A DNA stretch of 64,000 nucleotides, taken from contig OZ241993.1 of the NCBI GenBank assembly GCA_965204575.1, positions 1,696,001 to 1,760,000 on the forward strand, in the 5' to 3' direction. Source of the stretch: an uncultured candidatus Porisulfidus sp. Its GTDB lineage: Bacteria > Pseudomonadota > Gammaproteobacteria > Poriferisulfidales > Poriferisulfidaceae. Below are positions 61,864-64,000 of the stretch, piece by piece. The notes under the pieces are model-generated. The model ran no database searches. It saw only the letters and a program-made list of their open reading frames with translations, and was not told the DNA's origin. Within the stretch, counting starts at the first letter, position 1. Each line of letters starts with the position of its first letter. Both the position numbers and the translations under genes were made by a program.

Positions 61864-62411
61864 TGGGAAGCGTCCCCGGGATCCGCCAGCAATCCGCCCC
61901 AGACCAGCATGTACCCGATCCCGCTGACGAACGTAGCGATCACGGTCGCCCACAACAGGGCATCAAGCAGCATCGGCGGCAGAACGGCCAGCTGGTTTCC
62001 CATCAGCGCGAATACCATGACGATCTGTACGAAAGTATTAATTTTCCCGACTTTCAGAACTGCGGTTTTCTGACCAGGATGGAGCAGGTAATTCAGTAGG
62101 GTCCCCCCGACGACCATGACATCGCGCCCCACCACCAGCGCCACCAGCCATACCGGCAGCAATTCCAGATGGCCCAGGACCACGAAGGCAGCCACCAGCA
62201 TCACCTTGTCCGCGAGCGGGTCCAGCCCCGCCCCCAGGGCGCTTGAGGCCTTCAAGTAGCGGGCCAGGAAACCGTCCAGGGCATCCGATATGCCCATCAC
62301 GATAAACAGGATCAGTGCCAAGCTGAACTGCTGTTCCAGCAGTAGCATTGCGAACCACGGCACCAGAAGCAGGCGCAGGACACTAATCAGGTTGGGAATA
62401 TGCTGAATCAT
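61860..62411 (-). CDS. CDP-alcohol phosphatidyltransferase
   Basis: IPNLIS..R and DALDGFLAR...G..LDPLADK motifs. Confidence 0.92.
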   Translation of the reverse strand: MIQHIPNLISVLRLLLVPWFAMLLLEQQFSLALILFIVMGISDALDGFLARYLKASSALGAGLDPLADKVMLVAAFVVLGHLELLPVWLVALVVGRDVMVVGGTLLNYLLHPGQKTAVLKVGKINTFVQIVMVFALMGNQLAVLPPMLLDALLWATVIATFVSGIGYMLVWGGLLADPGDASQ

Positions 62412-62441
62412 AACTACTTAATATTTTAATGCAGGAGTAAA

Positions 62442-63494
62442 ATGGCGCGCGTACCGAGTGGTTCCGTGCCAGAAAAAGAATCTTCTGCTTCCGCCTACCG
62501 GGAAGCCGGGGTCGATATCGACGCCGGCAACCGCTTGGTGAAACGCCTTGCTCCGCTTGCGAAGCAGACCTTCAACGAACACGTCCTCAGCGATCTCGGC
62601 GGATTCGGCGGGCTCTACCAGCTAGCGCAGGATTACACGCAGCCCGTGCTGGTCTGCGGTACGGACGGGGTCGGCACCAAACTGCTTCTGGCTCAAAAGC
62701 TCCAGCAGCACGAAACCATTGGCATCGACCTCGTGGCCATGTGCGCGAACGACGTCCTGACGCACGGCGCACGCGCCCTGCTGTTCCTCGACTATTACGC
62801 CTGCGGGACGCTGAACATGGAGGAAGCGGAAGACGTGATCCGCGGAATCGCGGCGGGATGTCAGCAGGCCGGCTGCGTCCTGCTCGGCGGGGAGACGGCC
62901 GAAATGCCTCGGCTCTACCGCCCGGGCGACTACGACCTTGCCGGGTTCTGTGTCGGTCTCGCAGACCGCGACCGCCTGCTCCCTCGCCCGGATATCCAGC
63001 CGGGTGATGTTTTGGTCGGGATGGACTCCAGCGGTGTGCACGCCAACGGCTTCTCTCTCGTCAACCGCCTGCTGGAGACAGTGCCGGAGGACCCGGACCG
63101 GCTGGAAGCGCTACTGCAACCCACCACGATTTACGAACCGCACCTTCGGGAAGCCATCGATTCCGGGAAAGTCCTGGCGCTGGCCCACATTACGGGCGGC
63201 GGCCTGACTGAAAACGTCCCGCGCGTCCTGCCGGAAGGCCTGTCCGCGCAAATCGACATCGAAAGCTGGACGCGCCCGGAGTTGTTCGACTGGATACAGT
63301 CGGAGGGCAACGTGGACGAAGAAGAGATGCGGCAGATTTTCAACTGCGGAATCGGCATGATCGCGCTGGTCCGTTCGGAAGACGCAAAAACCGTAGCGCA
63401 GGCCATCCAATCCACCGGATTGGGGGCCCGAATCATCGGTGAAATCATTGCCTGGAAAGGCCCGGCTCAAACAATTTATAATACGCGACCATGA
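62442..63494 (+). CDS. purM: Phosphoribosylformylglycinamidine cyclo-ligase
   Basis: GVDIDAG, TDGVGTK, GGETAEMP, HITGGG and FNCGIG motifs. Confidence 0.97.
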   Translation: MARVPSGSVPEKESSASAYREAGVDIDAGNRLVKRLAPLAKQTFNEHVLSDLGGFGGLYQLAQDYTQPVLVCGTDGVGTKLLLAQKLQQHETIGIDLVAMCANDVLTHGARALLFLDYYACGTLNMEEAEDVIRGIAAGCQQAGCVLLGGETAEMPRLYRPGDYDLAGFCVGLADRDRLLPRPDIQPGDVLVGMDSSGVHANGFSLVNRLLETVPEDPDRLEALLQPTTIYEPHLREAIDSGKVLALAHITGGGLTENVPRVLPEGLSAQIDIESWTRPELFDWIQSEGNVDEEEMRQIFNCGIGMIALVRSEDAKTVAQAIQSTGLGARIIGEIIAWKGPAQTIYNTRP

Positions 63495-64000
63495 TCCCGA
63501 TGGCGATCTTGTTCTCCGGCGAGGGAACAAACCTACAAGCCCTGATCGATGCGGTCCACCAGCGCCGCATCTACGCTGAAATTCGCTGTGTTATCAGCAA
63601 CAAACCGCAGGCGCACGGGCTGGACCGTGCCCGCGCAGCCGGGATCGAGACGCTGGTCATCGGCGACTCCGACCGCGTTGCCCGGGAAGAAAAAACACTC
63701 GCGGCCCTGCAGGAACGCGGCGTCGAACTGGTCTGCCTGGCCGGCTACATGCGTGTCCTGTCCGAAATCATGGTCGGCCCCTATCTCGGGCGCATGCTCA
63801 ACATCCACCCCTCCCTGCTTCCGGCCTACCGCGGCGCGAACACTCACCGCCGGGTCTTGGAGGCTGGGGAAAAACACCACGGGTGCAGCGTGCACTTCGT
63901 CACCGTAGACCTGGATGAAGGCCCGTTGATCATCCAGGCGAGCGTACCCGTGCACTTAGACGATACCGAAAGAGCGCTGGCTCTTCGAGTATTGGAACAG
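63491..64000 (+). CDS. purN: Phosphoribosylglycinamide formyltransferase (runs off the window end)
   Basis: ATG 63491 MIPMAILFSGEGTNLQAL, LAGYMR, NIHPSLLP, GCSVHFV, LDEGP. Confidence 0.95.
   Translation, partial: MIPMAILFSGEGTNLQALIDAVHQRRIYAEIRCVISNKPQAHGLDRARAAGIETLVIGDSDRVAREEKTLAALQERGVELVCLAGYMRVLSEIMVGPYLGRMLNIHPSLLPAYRGANTHRRVLEAGEKHHGCSVHFVTVDLDEGPLIIQASVPVHLDDTERALALRVLEQ

Overview
GC-rich gammaproteobacterial chromosome. Housekeeping blocks are slt, metY, ypjD/ccsA, dxs-xseB, ygfZ, lysS-prfB (+1 programmed frameshift), proA-holA, tRNA-Ser-csrA-lysC-alaS-recX-recA-cinA, mutS, arsC-wrbA-hda and purMN. Four accessory patches interrupt them. (1) 1-17 kb is a mosaic defence island: Shedu, a glycan-modification cluster with a CTP-dependent riboflavin-kinase-like/GT4 fusion, DUF262-AlbA_2, DUF4238/SEC-C, an HTH-IrrE + PIN pair divergent from an operator-overlapped promoter and an unannotated 38-aa Arg-rich peptide, a truncated AlbA_2 ATPase, and a primase-SF2 helicase. 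(2) 23.4-30.9 kb holds a MORC-like GHKL ATPase plus an unknown partner, bracketed by diverged copies of the ccsA 3' end, followed by a Dsr1-type sirtuin split into two genes. (3) 40-45 kb is a decayed tRNA-Ser island with a Zur-box zigA-DUF1826 operon and an integrase relic. (4) 51-54.5 kb, between cinA and mutS, is a hotspot with MNT-HEPN and a second 3'-end duplication scar. Best candidates for undescribed systems: the GHKL ATPase + partner cassette, the IrrE/PIN/Arg-peptide switch, the split Dsr1 and the RibK-GT4 fusion. All family calls come from motif recognition by eye; no searches were run.
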